Both the position numbers and the translations under genes were made by a program. From contig OZ244034.1 of assembly GCA_965215185.1 (NCBI GenBank), positions 1,888,001 to 1,952,000 of the forward strand: DNA of 64,000 nt. The letters run 5' to 3'. The DNA comes from Acidimicrobiia bacterium (GTDB taxonomy: Bacteria > Actinomycetota > Acidimicrobiia > Spongiisociales > ZC4RG35). Below the pieces are notes generated by a model. That model saw only the letters and a program-made list of their open reading frames with translations. It was not told where the DNA came from and searched no databases. Shown piece after piece: positions 37,540 through 47,875 of the stretch (the stretch's first letter is position 1; the number at the start of each line of letters is the position of its first letter).

Positions 37540-38060
37540 GGACCAGCCCGGGTTTTGCCGTGGTAGCTTCCCGCCAGCGAATCGTAGGCGCCCTGCGGTG
37601 TGGGTATTCCAAGTCCTTCCCGAAACGGTGCCTTGCTTTTGTTGCCACTGACGGCGGTACTCGGGCCCTCTCCATGCGGTAGCCCACGCGGGGTTCGGTA
37701 ATGATGTAGGTGGGGTTCTTGGCGTCGTCACCCAACTTGCGCCGCAGATTCTTCACGATGGTACGCACCATTCGCGGATCGCCCGGTTTCTTCAGCCCCC
37801 AGACCCGTTGCAGCAGGTGATCGGAACTCAGCACCCGGCCGGCATTGATGGAAAGCTCAATGAGCAGGTGATACTCGGTAGCCGTGAGTCGGATAGAGCG
37901 ATCGGCCAAGGTCACCCTGTGTTCCACAGATTCGATCAACAGATCTCCCCGTACAAATGAACCGAGGGAAGCGGCGTCGTCGGGCGCTTTGCGTTTACGC
38001 AGGGCCACCCCGATTCTGGCCACAAGTTCGGTCGGCGAGAACGGTTTGACCACATAATCG
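37511..38060 (-). pseudogene. Truncated OmpR/KdpE-type response regulator (receiver tail plus wHTH)
   Basis: Begins at DYVVKPFSPTELVARI with no phospho-Asp region; LTATEY.LL, LRRKLGDDA.NP.YI.TEPRVGYRM. Confidence 0.75.
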
Positions 38061-38177
38061 GTTGGGACCAGTCTCTTCAAGGACCGAGGCCAACCCCACC
38101 TCCCGATGAGCCGTTGGCGGGCAGATACAGTGACGGCTGACTTGGAGCGTCAGGTTTTGAAGAACGGGAAGAGCGCT

Positions 38178-38408
38178 TTAGGACACCAACTCCGCAAGGC
38201 GCCTTTGGACCGTGGCTTGGTCGTCGGGCTCAACCGGGTTGGGAAGCTCTTTTAGCTGCGGCACGATCAACCCACGGAGAGCCTGAGCCTCCTGGGGAGT
38301 GAGGTCTGAGCCCGCCACGACATCCTCGGTGCCCCACATGACAGCCAGACGGAATCCATAGTCGGCCACCGCCCGGTTGATGATCTCCAAAAGAGCCTGC
38401 TGGGACAT
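38178..38408 (-). CDS. Small protein resembling Os1348/NHLP-clan leader-like family
   Basis: MSQQALLEIINRAVAD..FR......DLT.QE..AL pattern; GAAGGAG-type RBS; follows an SDR gene. Confidence 0.55.
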   Translation of the reverse strand: MSQQALLEIINRAVADYGFRLAVMWGTEDVVAGSDLTPQEAQALRGLIVPQLKELPNPVEPDDQATVQRRLAELVS

Positions 38409-38438
38409 AATTCCTTCTCCTTCTCCCTCTTCGTCGTC

Positions 38439-39188
38439 CTACAGCCGACCGCCGTCGATCTTGAAAGCAGCGCCTGTGATGTAGGAGGACTCTTCGGAGG
38501 CCAGAAACAGCATGAGGTTGGCGATGTCCTGGGGAGTCCCCACCCGCCCCAGGGCGTTGCGTGAAGAGATCCGCTCAAACTCCTCGGAGCTGCCGGTACT
38601 GCCCCATGCCTGGGGGGTGTCGACGGACCCCGGGACGATGACGTTGCAGCGTACTCCCTGGGGAGCGTACTGGGCGCTGGTGGTCAGGGTGATCTGGATT
38701 ACGCCCGCCTTACTAACGCCGTAGGGGACGGCATGGGGGGTGGGGTTCAACCCGGCGCCCGAGGAGACGTTGACTATGGCGCCCCCGCTCCCAATCATGT
38801 GAGGGATGGCATATTTGGTGCACAGAAACACCCCCCGTAGGTTGGTGTTGAGGGTCAGGTCCCAGACCAACTCCGAAACCTCTGCCAGTGGCGGCGTCCG
38901 GATGAGGACCCCGGCGTTGTTCACCAGCACATCCAGCTTCCCAAACCGCTGGACCGTCTGCTCCACCATGTTGCTCACCTGGGCTGCCTTGGAGACGTCA
39001 GTTTCGACGAAAAAGGCATCACCGCCCATCTCGTTCACCATCGCCACCGTTTTCCGGCTCTCCGGCGCGTTGCGATCAGCTACCGCCACCTGGGCGCCTT
39101 GGCGAGCAAAGAGGAGAGAGGCAGCCCGGCCTATGCCAGTGGCGCCACCGGTGATAATCGCTACTTTGTCTTGGAGACGGCCTGTCAT
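38439..39188 (-). CDS. SDR family oxidoreductase
   Basis: TGGATGIG, NNAG, YGVSK and IDGG motifs; AAGGAGG RBS before the ATG at 39188. Confidence 0.9.
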   Translation of the reverse strand: MTGRLQDKVAIITGGATGIGRAASLLFARQGAQVAVADRNAPESRKTVAMVNEMGGDAFFVETDVSKAAQVSNMVEQTVQRFGKLDVLVNNAGVLIRTPPLAEVSELVWDLTLNTNLRGVFLCTKYAIPHMIGSGGAIVNVSSGAGLNPTPHAVPYGVSKAGVIQITLTTSAQYAPQGVRCNVIVPGSVDTPQAWGSTGSSEEFERISSRNALGRVGTPQDIANLMLFLASEESSYITGAAFKIDGGRL

Positions 39189-39567
39189 CGCTCCTCCTTG
39201 AGGCGCTCCCAATATACCCGTTGCACCGCATTGCACCCTGCGTGCTCCCCTATTACTTCCCAAACTGTCCTACCGAGAATCGGAGGATCAGACCAGGACC
39301 AAGAAATCTGGATTTGGATCTGTTTTTTCGCAGTGACATTTGCGGGCATTCACAAACCGGGGATTATGGCCTTTTCTGCCCTGTCGTCGGCGGGAGAGAT
39401 CATGCGCTTTGTGACCGGGAGCACCATCAAGGGAAATCGGGACACGATAGGCATCCTTCCCATTAACCTGGATAATCCTTGAGGCAGGCTCGACGCATGA
39501 GTTGAGGCGGCGCCAACCACTCACTATGCTCAAAAAACAAGTATGGCCAGCTTATGAGGGAAGGCAG

Positions 39568-40302
39568 ATGATTTCAACGGCCCAGAACAGGATAGGGGGA
39601 CTGCTGCTGATCATCGGCGCAATTCTGGTGGTTGGAACATCACTTCTAACACCCGGATTGGCGTTGATCGACTTTGTGGACGCGGAGGACTACATCGGTC
39701 TGGCCCAGGTTGTACGGGAAAACATCGCGCTTAGTTTCCTCACCTCGATGCTGGGAGTACTCGGTTTAGTGTTACAACTTTGCGGCCTGTCGGCTCTGCG
39801 CCGAGTGGTAATGGGAGAAGACGCCACCGATACCATCACCAGATTCGGGTCCTTAGCCCTCGGCGTGGGAATTGTTGTCTCCCTCGTCGACAGGGCAGCG
39901 GTGTACACGGCTGCCCACACTTTGAATTACGGTATCGGCGCCGGCACCGGACCCGATCAGACGCAACTGTTGGACTTTGTTGCCGTGATTCTCCTGAAAA
40001 TGCAGGGGGGACTGAGCCTGGTGGGGTTTTATGCCTTCCTATTGGGGTCCATAGGTTTGGGTATGGGTCTTATGTCGAGAATGCGCGCCACCTCTTATAG
40101 AGTTGTCGCGGTCCTCATGATGATTTCCTGTTTGGTGTCACTGGTGTTCCTGTCCGTAATCAGCCCCGTCTACGGCTTGGCCGGTTCTCTCTTCGCGGTT
40201 TTCGCCCTAGCCGTCATGCTGGGAAACGCCTGGCTCGTCATGCTAGGGATGGGTCTCTACAAGGGAATGCCGGAACTTACAAAGACTGCTGGATCGGTTT
40301 AG
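39568..40302 (+). CDS. Hypothetical ~6-TM membrane protein
   Basis: Multiple hydrophobic helices; purine-rich RBS. Confidence 0.7.
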   Translation: MISTAQNRIGGLLLIIGAILVVGTSLLTPGLALIDFVDAEDYIGLAQVVRENIALSFLTSMLGVLGLVLQLCGLSALRRVVMGEDATDTITRFGSLALGVGIVVSLVDRAAVYTAAHTLNYGIGAGTGPDQTQLLDFVAVILLKMQGGLSLVGFYAFLLGSIGLGMGLMSRMRATSYRVVAVLMMISCLVSLVFLSVISPVYGLAGSLFAVFALAVMLGNAWLVMLGMGLYKGMPELTKTAGSV

Positions 40303-40420
40303 AGAGCAAAGCCGCAGACCAGGGTTGTATCTTGGCTTCCATGGAGATTCCCGCGGACATCACCCCGCCTGTTTGGCGTCTTCCCCCATGTTGTGGGACT
40401 TGCCGTGAGGGCAACCGCCG

Positions 40421-40945
40421 ATGAGGACGCCATCGGCATACCCTGTTGCTCCCGAGTTAGCCATTTCCCGCTGGTTCAATACTGCCGACAATCCGACTCT
40501 GGCCGATCTCAGGGGCGAGGTTGTGGTGATGGAGGCGTTCCAGATGCTCTGTCCAGGTTGCGTCTCCCACGGATTACCTCAGGCAACGCGTATCCAACAC
40601 ACCTTCGGCGACGCCGTCACCATGCTTGGGCTCCACTGCGTGTTTGAACACCACGCCGCTATGACCCCAGTCTCACTCGAAGCATTCCTTTACGAGTACC
40701 GCATCACCTTCCCGGTCGGCGTCGACGCCCACGACGACCGGGCCGCCCTTCCCATCACGATGGGCCGATACCAACTGCGGGGTACCCCGAGCCTCGTGGT
40801 CATCGACCGGGCCGGACACATCCGCCTCAACGCGTTCGGCCAGATCGACGACCTTATCGTCGGTGCTACTCTCGCCCGCCTCATCGACGAACCGCAGCCA
40901 GCGGCCGACTGCGACCCCGACATGGGATGTCCCGCCCCCCTTTAG
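40421..40945 (+). CDS. Redoxin (AhpC/TSA/TlpA-like) protein
   Basis: AFQMLCPGCVSHGLPQA, GLH.VFEHH and GTPS..VIDR.G motifs. Confidence 0.85.
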   Translation: MRTPSAYPVAPELAISRWFNTADNPTLADLRGEVVVMEAFQMLCPGCVSHGLPQATRIQHTFGDAVTMLGLHCVFEHHAAMTPVSLEAFLYEYRITFPVGVDAHDDRAALPITMGRYQLRGTPSLVVIDRAGHIRLNAFGQIDDLIVGATLARLIDEPQPAADCDPDMGCPAPL

Positions 40946-40969
40946 GAATGGGACCGCGCCCCGGGTGCG

Positions 40970-41010
40970 GCCTGTGCCTCCCTTCGGCTGGGAGGGGACA
41001 GGCATCTTTT
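40970..41010 (+). terminator. Intrinsic terminator after the redoxin gene
   Basis: GC-rich hairpin gcctgt-gcctccc...gggagg-acaggc followed by atctttt. Confidence 0.6.
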
Positions 41011-41451
41011 GGCTTTGTGGATGGCGGTAGGCTCGGGACCAATTCAAAGACATGACGATATCATTTGGTCGTGGTCAAACAAACAACCGGGAGACTCCCT
41101 GACAACTTCGCCCACGACGCCCGGGCACTGGCCCGACTTCAAGGCACAAGCGCAAACTAGTTCACTGTGCAGTCGCTAAGCGTCGAGATCGGCCCCGCCG
41201 GGACAGACCAAGAGTTCCCTTCGCAGATCCACAGGCTGCTACCGCGAGAGCGAGCATTGGAACGCTTGGCAAAGTGACCAGGTGTCTCAACCTTGCAGAG
41301 CACCTCGGGCTAGCCGACCGGGCCTCGCGACCGGGCGGAGCGGATGGTCTTGAGGTCGGGGACGGCCTCATCTACACGCGGCCCGCCCAAGGGACGCCAA
41401 CAAGACCGCTGATTTCCAAGGCTGGCGACGCCCTATGACGATGTCGACGAC

Positions 41452-42603
41452 ATGAGCATCTCGACTACTGCAGGTGGTGGCTTGGCGGGTAATCGTGTGA
41501 TGCCGCCGCTGGTGAGAGCCGGGCTGGTGGTGGGTTTGATCTATGTTTTTCTTGTCGGCGTGTCGTCACTGGAGTCCGGCATCAAACTCCTGGGGGCCGA
41601 TGCCCAGGAGATACTTTTCTCCAGCGTGAAGAACCCGCTCGCTGGGCTCTTCGTAGGGCTTCTCGGAACGGTGCTGGTCCAATCGTCATCGGCCAGCACA
41701 TCGGTCATAGTCGGCCTTGTGGCCTCCGGGGTGCTGGGTTTCGACCATGCCGTGCCAATGGTTATGGGTGCCAACATCGGCACGACGGTGACCAATACGC
41801 TCGTATCGCTTGGCCATGTGAGGCGGCCTGTCGAGTTCAAGCGGGCCTTCGCCGCGGCCACGGTGCACGATTTCTTCAACGTTGCGCTCGTCGCAATCAT
41901 GTTGCCGCTGGAGTTGCTCACCGGTGCCATTTCAGGCCTTGCCAAACGAATCAGCGAACCCCTGGTCGGTGCGGCCGGCACCGAGTGGAATAGTCCGATA
42001 AAGGCGTTGGTGAAAAAACCGGTCGGCTGGCTTGAGGATCTGTGGAACAGCTTCGGGGCAGACGGCACCACGCTCGGCACACTGCTCGTCGTCTGTGGGA
42101 TCCTGAGCGTGTTGGTAGCGCTCGCATTCGTAACCAAGAACATGCGCCGTCTTGTGGCCGAGCGGGTGGAGCGGTCCCTGAACATAGCTCTCGGCAGAGG
42201 CAGCGGCATGGTGGCCCTGCTGGCGGGGCTGGTGATCACCATCTCGGTGCAGTCGTCGAGCATCACCACTTCGTTGCTGATCCCGTTGTCCGCCGCTGGG
42301 GTCTTGACGCTGCGCAACGCTTACCCGGTCACCCTGGGCGCCAATGTCGGAACCACCATCACGGCCTTGCTGGCGGCTCTGGCGACGAGTCGACCCGAAG
42401 CGCTTACCATCGCGCTGGTCCACACCCTGTTCAACATCGGCGGGATCCTGCTGCTCTACCCGATCACCGCCCTCCGGGAGATCCCCATCCGAGGGGCTGA
42501 AATCCTCGCCAAGGTGGCAGTTGAACGCCGCTCGCTAGCCGTGGCCTATGTGATGGGATTGTTCATCGTCATGCCGCTGGTTGGCGTCGTTCTGCTTCGC
42601 TGA
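41452..42603 (+). CDS. Na+/phosphate symporter (NptA/NaPi-II family)
   Basis: Two QSSS repeats, two GAN(I/V)GTT motifs and AATVHDFFN. Confidence 0.9.
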   Translation: MSISTTAGGGLAGNRVMPPLVRAGLVVGLIYVFLVGVSSLESGIKLLGADAQEILFSSVKNPLAGLFVGLLGTVLVQSSSASTSVIVGLVASGVLGFDHAVPMVMGANIGTTVTNTLVSLGHVRRPVEFKRAFAAATVHDFFNVALVAIMLPLELLTGAISGLAKRISEPLVGAAGTEWNSPIKALVKKPVGWLEDLWNSFGADGTTLGTLLVVCGILSVLVALAFVTKNMRRLVAERVERSLNIALGRGSGMVALLAGLVITISVQSSSITTSLLIPLSAAGVLTLRNAYPVTLGANVGTTITALLAALATSRPEALTIALVHTLFNIGGILLLYPITALREIPIRGAEILAKVAVERRSLAVAYVMGLFIVMPLVGVVLLR

Positions 42604-42684
42604 AGATTTGCGCCCCCGCACCAAGTTGGAGCCGGTCCGCTAACCAGTGCACATCGGGCCCGGGAACTGCGTTATACGATGGTC

Positions 42685-43062
42685 TCATGCGGTGACATAT
42701 GTGTGGGTAATGACCTCCCAGACGTGCCCGTTCTCGCATTCGAAGTAGAACCCGCGTCCCCGGTGCTTGTGGTTAATTTTGCCGTCTGTCCGAGAGTTGG
42801 GGCCGCTCCCGAAGGGGATGCCCTCGTCCTTGACACGCCGGAGCACCGCATCGAACTCTTCGTCCGAAGCCAGGAAGGCGTAGTGGTTGGATTGTGGGTC
42901 GTTTGAGTCGTCGAAGTCCAGCGTCAGGGTGTCGTTGACCTTGACAGGGGCAAAATGCCCCCAGGTCCCTTTGTATTCCAATCCGAAGACGCGGGCGATG
43001 AACTTCGCTGACTTCACCTTGTCGTGGGCGGGTACGATTGTATGGTCTAGCTGCAAAGCCAT
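42685..43062 (-). CDS. VOC (glyoxalase/bleomycin resistance) family protein
   Basis: LDHTIV, HYAF and GRGFYF...GH.WEVIT motifs; AGAGGAGG RBS. Confidence 0.85.
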   Translation of the reverse strand: MALQLDHTIVPAHDKVKSAKFIARVFGLEYKGTWGHFAPVKVNDTLTLDFDDSNDPQSNHYAFLASDEEFDAVLRRVKDEGIPFGSGPNSRTDGKINHKHRGRGFYFECENGHVWEVITHTYVTA

Positions 43063-43188
43063 GCCGCACCTCCTCTATGACACTCTACCCCCAGCCGGAG
43101 CGCCAATCCAGGGCGTTGCCTTGAGCGCACGTCGACCGCGCGCATCGGCCACCAGACAGTCCCCGCTGGCTTAGCTCGGGAGGAAACC

Positions 43189-44451
43189 GTGGGCAAAGTG
43201 CAGACGGTTATCCGGGCCAAAGCCCTCTTTGATGGCACAGGGACTCCACCCGTCCCCAACGCCATCGTTATCTTGGAAGGGTCCCGCATTGTGGCCGCGG
43301 GCCCCGAAAGCGCCATCGAGACGCCCCGGGGACCGCAGGTGCGGGCACTGGACTTTCCCGACGGGTACCTGCTTCCCGGTCTCATCGATGCCCACACCCA
43401 TCTCATGTTCGGTTCCGGGGACGCCACGTACGAGGAGGTAATCGAGCGGGACTCCGACCAGCTGATGCTGCTGCGCGCCGCCCGCAACGCCCACATCCAC
43501 CTCAACGCCGGGGTCACCACCCTGCGGGACTGCGGCGCCCGCAACCAGGTGACCTTCGACCTGCGCCGGGGCGTCCGGCAGGGGCTGGCGCTGGCGCCCC
43601 GGCTGCTTCTGAGCGGCCGCCCGGTGACGACCACCGGAGGCCACTTCTGGTGGTGCAACCAGGAGGCTGACGGGGTGGAGGGCGTTCGGAAAGCCGTGCG
43701 CCAGCTGGTGCGGGACGGCGCCGACTTCATCAAAATCATGGCGTCGGGCGGGGGCACCGCCGGAACCGACAACCGCCGGCCGTCCTACAGCGTGGAGGAG
43801 CTGCGGGCCATTGTGGACGAGGCCCACAATCTGGGCAAGCCGACCACGGCCCACTGCATAGCCACTCAGAGCATCGTCAATGCTCTGGACGCAGGCGTCG
43901 ATTCCATCGAGCACGCCACCTTCATAGAGCCTGACGGCTCCTACCGCTTCAACCCGCGGATCGCCGAGCGCATTGCCCGGCAGGGGGTGCTGGTCAGCCC
44001 AACGGTGCAGACGGGCTACCGGAAACGAGAGATGCTGCTGGCGCGGCGAGCACAGGGACATGCCCTGACTCCGGAGGAGAAGCGGCGCCTGGAAGACCTA
44101 CAGGTCAAGTGCGAGCGTCAGGTGGAGTTCCTGGGCAGGCTCTGGTCTGAATGGGAGGTCTCCATCGTGGCCGGCACCGACGCTATTCAGACCTTCGGTG
44201 ACTATTGCCTGGGGTTGGAGCTGCAGGTCCAGGCGGGCATGAGCCCCGCGGATGTCATCTGCTCTGCAACTTCGGTGGCGGCGCGCGCCGTTGGTGTGGG
44301 CCATCTGGTCGGGACCATCGAGCCGGGCAAGGAGGCGGACCTCATCGTGGTGGATCAGGACCCCCTCCAGGACATCCGGGCCCTGCGGTCCATGCGGATG
44401 GTGATGCAGGGGGGAACTGTCATGCCGCCGCCGGTGGTCATGGGAATCTAA
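43189..44451 (+). CDS. Amidohydrolase family protein (prolidase-like)
   Basis: PGLIDAHTH, GVTT.RD.G, GADFIKIMASGG, AH, SIEH, GTD and G.IEPGK.ADL motifs. Confidence 0.88.
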   Translation: MGKVQTVIRAKALFDGTGTPPVPNAIVILEGSRIVAAGPESAIETPRGPQVRALDFPDGYLLPGLIDAHTHLMFGSGDATYEEVIERDSDQLMLLRAARNAHIHLNAGVTTLRDCGARNQVTFDLRRGVRQGLALAPRLLLSGRPVTTTGGHFWWCNQEADGVEGVRKAVRQLVRDGADFIKIMASGGGTAGTDNRRPSYSVEELRAIVDEAHNLGKPTTAHCIATQSIVNALDAGVDSIEHATFIEPDGSYRFNPRIAERIARQGVLVSPTVQTGYRKREMLLARRAQGHALTPEEKRRLEDLQVKCERQVEFLGRLWSEWEVSIVAGTDAIQTFGDYCLGLELQVQAGMSPADVICSATSVAARAVGVGHLVGTIEPGKEADLIVVDQDPLQDIRALRSMRMVMQGGTVMPPPVVMGI

Positions 44452-44549
44452 CAGAGAAGGAGTTTCCACATCCCCATGAGTGACGGGGATCAGGACAACT
44501 CGGGCCGCCGCCCACCCCCGGCAGTCAGGAACTTCCGATGACTTGCGGC

Positions 44550-45962
44550 TCACCCAGCCGGAAACAGGTCGGGAGGATGGCGCTCATGCCAGTCGGTGAG
44601 CGACTGGTAGGCGCGGGCCACCGTCAAGATGGTGTTCTCCTCATAAGCTCTGCCCATGAACTGTATTCCCGTGGGCAGGCCCTCTGGTGAAAAGCCGCTC
44701 GGCACCGATATTGCTGGAATTCCGGCCAGGTTTCCGACCAACAGCATTGTGTGTATCGCTGAGTGCGGGGCCACGCTGCGGAAATCCCGGTCGAGCGGGG
44801 CTGCATTACCATCCCGTGAGGGACCGACCAGGGCATCGAACGGCGACATCACCTGGTCGGCGTTCTCCGCCAGGAGCTTTCTGAGGCGCATCGCCTTGAT
44901 GTAGTCCTTCGCCAGCACCGCCACCCGGGGATAGAAACCGTAACGGTCTTCCGGCGCGGTTAGGTCCGCCAGCATCCCGCTGTCCACGATCTCCTCAAAT
45001 GCGCTCGATGCCTCCGCGAACCAGATCGTCTGGACGATTTCCTCGTGCGGAAGGTCGGAGAACTGCACCTCCTCTATGTCTGCCACTTCTCCCAGCGTAT
45101 GAAGCGCCCGTTCGAAGTTGGAGCGCGTCGTTTCGTCCGAGTGGTCGGCGACGTTCTTCACAACACCGAGCCGCATTCGCCTCGACGCCACGTCGGAGTC
45201 GTCGTAACGGAAGGTGCGATTGGTCGTTGTCGGATCCTTCGGGTCCGGGCCGGCGATCGCCTCCAGCACCAGGCCGCAGTCGTCCGCGGTCAGGCACAAC
45301 GGCCCCAGTTTGTCCAGCGTCCAGGAAAGGGCCATCGCTCCGTAGCGGCTTACCCGCCCGTAGGTGGGGCGCAGGCCGGCCACTCCGCAATTGGTGGCGG
45401 GGGTGATGATGGAACCTACCGTCTCGGAGCCGATGGTGAACGGCGCCAGACCGGCCGCCGTCGCCGAGCCGGATCCGCTGGACGATCCGCCGCTCCATCT
45501 CGTCTTGTCCCAGGGGGTGATGCCCGGGCCGGTGAACGAGGCGTTGGGTTGCTGGTAGCCCGCCCCGCCCGCCAGCTCCACCATGGCCAGCTTGGCTGCC
45601 AGCACCGCTCCCGCGGCCTCGAGCCTCAGAATCACGGTGGCGTCGTAGTCGAAGGTCTGGTTGCGCAGCGGCGCCGCGCCCCATGTTGTCGGAATGCCGT
45701 CGGACGTGGCCAGCAGGTCCTTTGCGCCGTAGGGAATGCCGTGCAGCGGGCCTCGGTACCCCCCGGACGCAATCTCCTGCTCAGCGCGTCTCGCCTGCAT
45801 CATCGCTCGCTCCCGGGTGACGGTGACCACTGCGTTGTAGTCCGGTCCCAGCGTCTCCAATCGATCCAGGAAGTACTCGGCAAGCTCCACCGGCGACACC
45901 TCTCGGTCTCTAACCAGGTCGCCCAATTGGCGTACGGTCATGAAGGCGAAGTTGTCCGGCAA
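44550..45962 (-). CDS. Amidase signature family enzyme (GatA-like)
   Basis: GPLHGIPYGAKD, GGSSSGS and GSET.GSI (Lys-cisSer-Ser triad). TTG start inferred. Confidence 0.88.
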   Translation of the reverse strand: MPDNFAFMTVRQLGDLVRDREVSPVELAEYFLDRLETLGPDYNAVVTVTRERAMMQARRAEQEIASGGYRGPLHGIPYGAKDLLATSDGIPTTWGAAPLRNQTFDYDATVILRLEAAGAVLAAKLAMVELAGGAGYQQPNASFTGPGITPWDKTRWSGGSSSGSGSATAAGLAPFTIGSETVGSIITPATNCGVAGLRPTYGRVSRYGAMALSWTLDKLGPLCLTADDCGLVLEAIAGPDPKDPTTTNRTFRYDDSDVASRRMRLGVVKNVADHSDETTRSNFERALHTLGEVADIEEVQFSDLPHEEIVQTIWFAEASSAFEEIVDSGMLADLTAPEDRYGFYPRVAVLAKDYIKAMRLRKLLAENADQVMSPFDALVGPSRDGNAAPLDRDFRSVAPHSAIHTMLLVGNLAGIPAISVPSGFSPEGLPTGIQFMGRAYEENTILTVARAYQSLTDWHERHPPDLFPAG

Positions 45963-45966
45963 GACG

Positions 45967-46176
45967 TCAGCCCTCTGCCCGGTAGGGTGTGAACACCGAG
46001 TACGGCTCATCGCTATTTTCGAGCCTGACAGCTCTCAGGGTCTGTGACGCGGCGACAATGTCCTCGATGCCCTGGCGTACCGCTTCCAATTGCTCATCGT
46101 CCAGGCGGTCCCCGTAGAGGCCCTTCACCATTTTGAATCGTTCTTCCACTTCCCGTTCGGTAGCTTCCCCGTTCAA
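45967..46176 (-). CDS. Small GatC/AtzG-like amidase partner
   Basis: 69-aa helical protein ending L.NSDEP..VF.P directly upstream of the amidase; GGAGGAG RBS. Confidence 0.6.
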   Translation of the reverse strand: MNGEATEREVEERFKMVKGLYGDRLDDEQLEAVRQGIEDIVAASQTLRAVRLENSDEPYSVFTPYRAEG

Positions 46177-46371
46177 GATGCTCCTCCGCTGCCTCTCGCC
46201 TGCGTGATATGCCCCACTTTCAGTCCTCCCCCAGACCTACGGATGGTGGGTCGGTAAGTCTAGTTAGGGGGTCCCAGGGTGTGCTGGCAGGGCGGTGAGG
46301 GGTTCTCGGCGAACCTACAATGTGGCCAGAGCCAACAGCAAGCGTCCCCCCACCCCGGAATAGGACTATTA

Positions 46372-47733
46372 GTGCGCAACTTCGATCTGATGATCATCGG
46401 TACCGGATCCGGCAATTCGGTGATCGGAACTGAGCACGACAACTGGGAGATTGCCGTCGTGGAGCGAGGACGCTTCGGCGGCACCTGTCTAAATGTCGGC
46501 TGCATACCCTCGAAGATGTTCGTTTACGCCGCCGAGATGGCGGAACTGGCCGCCGACAGCCCGCGCCTAGGGGTCCGCACTCGCTTCGACGGCGCTGACT
46601 GGCCCTCCATACGCGATCGCATATTCGGCCGGATCGACCCGATCGCCGAAGGGGGCCTCACTTACCGGGAGGAACTGCCCAACGTCACCGTCTATGCCGG
46701 TGCCGGGCGGTTCGTCGGAATGAAGCAAGTGTCCATCGGTGACGAAGTGATCACCGCCGACCGGATCGTGATAGCCGCAGGTGGACGGCCCACTGTGCCC
46801 CCGGTGCCGGGCCTGGCCGATTGTGGATACCACACGTCGGACACGATCATGCGCCTCGACGACCTACCCGAGCGACTGCTGGTGATGGGCGCCGGCTACA
46901 TAGCAGCCGAGTTGGGCGGCGTCATGGGAGCGTTCGGCTCGAAGGTGACCTTCCTGCTGCGGGGCGACACCTTCCTGCGCCGGGAGGACCACGACATCAG
47001 CAGCCGGTTCACCGCCGCCTACGCCCGCCGGTTCGACGTGCGCACCCACACCCGGCTCCTCGAGGCCCGTCGAGACGGCGGCGAAGTGGTGATCCGCATG
47101 GCCGGCACCGATGGCACCCCTTTCGAGGTGAGGGGCGATGAGTTGCTGGTGGCGACCGGCCGAAGACCGAACACCGACCAGCTCGACGTGGAGGCGGGAG
47201 GGATCGCCGTCGACAACCAAGGGTTCGTGATCACCGACGAGCAACTGCGCACCAACGTGGAGGGTGTCTGGGCCCTGGGCGATATCACCAACCCGGTGCA
47301 GTTGAAGCATGTCGCCAACCACGAGGCTCGGGTGGTGCGCCACAACCTCACCAACCCCGACAACCCGGCCACCGTCGACCACCGGTTCATCCCTCACGCG
47401 GTGTTCGGATATCCCCAAATCGCCAGCGTCGGTCTCACCGAGCAGGAATGCCGCAGGCAGGACATTCCCTACGTCAGCCACGTCCAACCCTACGCGGCTG
47501 CCGCCTATGGCTGGGCGATGGAGGACACTGACAGCGTTGCGAAAGTCATCGCCCATGCCGAGACCCGCCGCCTCCTCGGAGCCCACATCATCGGCCCGCA
47601 GGCGCCCACCCTCATCCAGCAACTCATCCAGGGCATGCACTTCGATCTGACCGTCGACCAGATGGCCCACGGGCAGTACTACATCCACCCCGCCTTGCCG
47701 GAAGTTGTCGAGCAGGCCCTCCTGGAACTCTAA
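46372..47733 (+). CDS. mtr: Mycothione reductase
   Basis: IIGTGSGNS, GGTCLNVGCIPSKMFVY, QLKHVANHE, AYGWAMED and YYIHPALPEVVE motifs. Confidence 0.9.
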   Translation: MRNFDLMIIGTGSGNSVIGTEHDNWEIAVVERGRFGGTCLNVGCIPSKMFVYAAEMAELAADSPRLGVRTRFDGADWPSIRDRIFGRIDPIAEGGLTYREELPNVTVYAGAGRFVGMKQVSIGDEVITADRIVIAAGGRPTVPPVPGLADCGYHTSDTIMRLDDLPERLLVMGAGYIAAELGGVMGAFGSKVTFLLRGDTFLRREDHDISSRFTAAYARRFDVRTHTRLLEARRDGGEVVIRMAGTDGTPFEVRGDELLVATGRRPNTDQLDVEAGGIAVDNQGFVITDEQLRTNVEGVWALGDITNPVQLKHVANHEARVVRHNLTNPDNPATVDHRFIPHAVFGYPQIASVGLTEQECRRQDIPYVSHVQPYAAAAYGWAMEDTDSVAKVIAHAETRRLLGAHIIGPQAPTLIQQLIQGMHFDLTVDQMAHGQYYIHPALPEVVEQALLEL

Positions 47734-47875
47734 AACCAGTTCCGGGGGTGTACGCGCCGGCATGGAGCCTACGTTTGGCGAGGACTGCAACCTGAAGGTC
47801 TCCCAGAAGGTGATAGCGTGCGGAAAGTACCGTCTGACCCCAGGATTAGGTAGTGTTACCTTGTCATAAGGTTTC

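Noticed and set aside
41342-41356. 15-bp exact match to 17530-17544 (ggatggtcttgaggt)
   Set aside because: A match of this length is expected by chance in a 64-kb self-comparison; the flanks do not extend.
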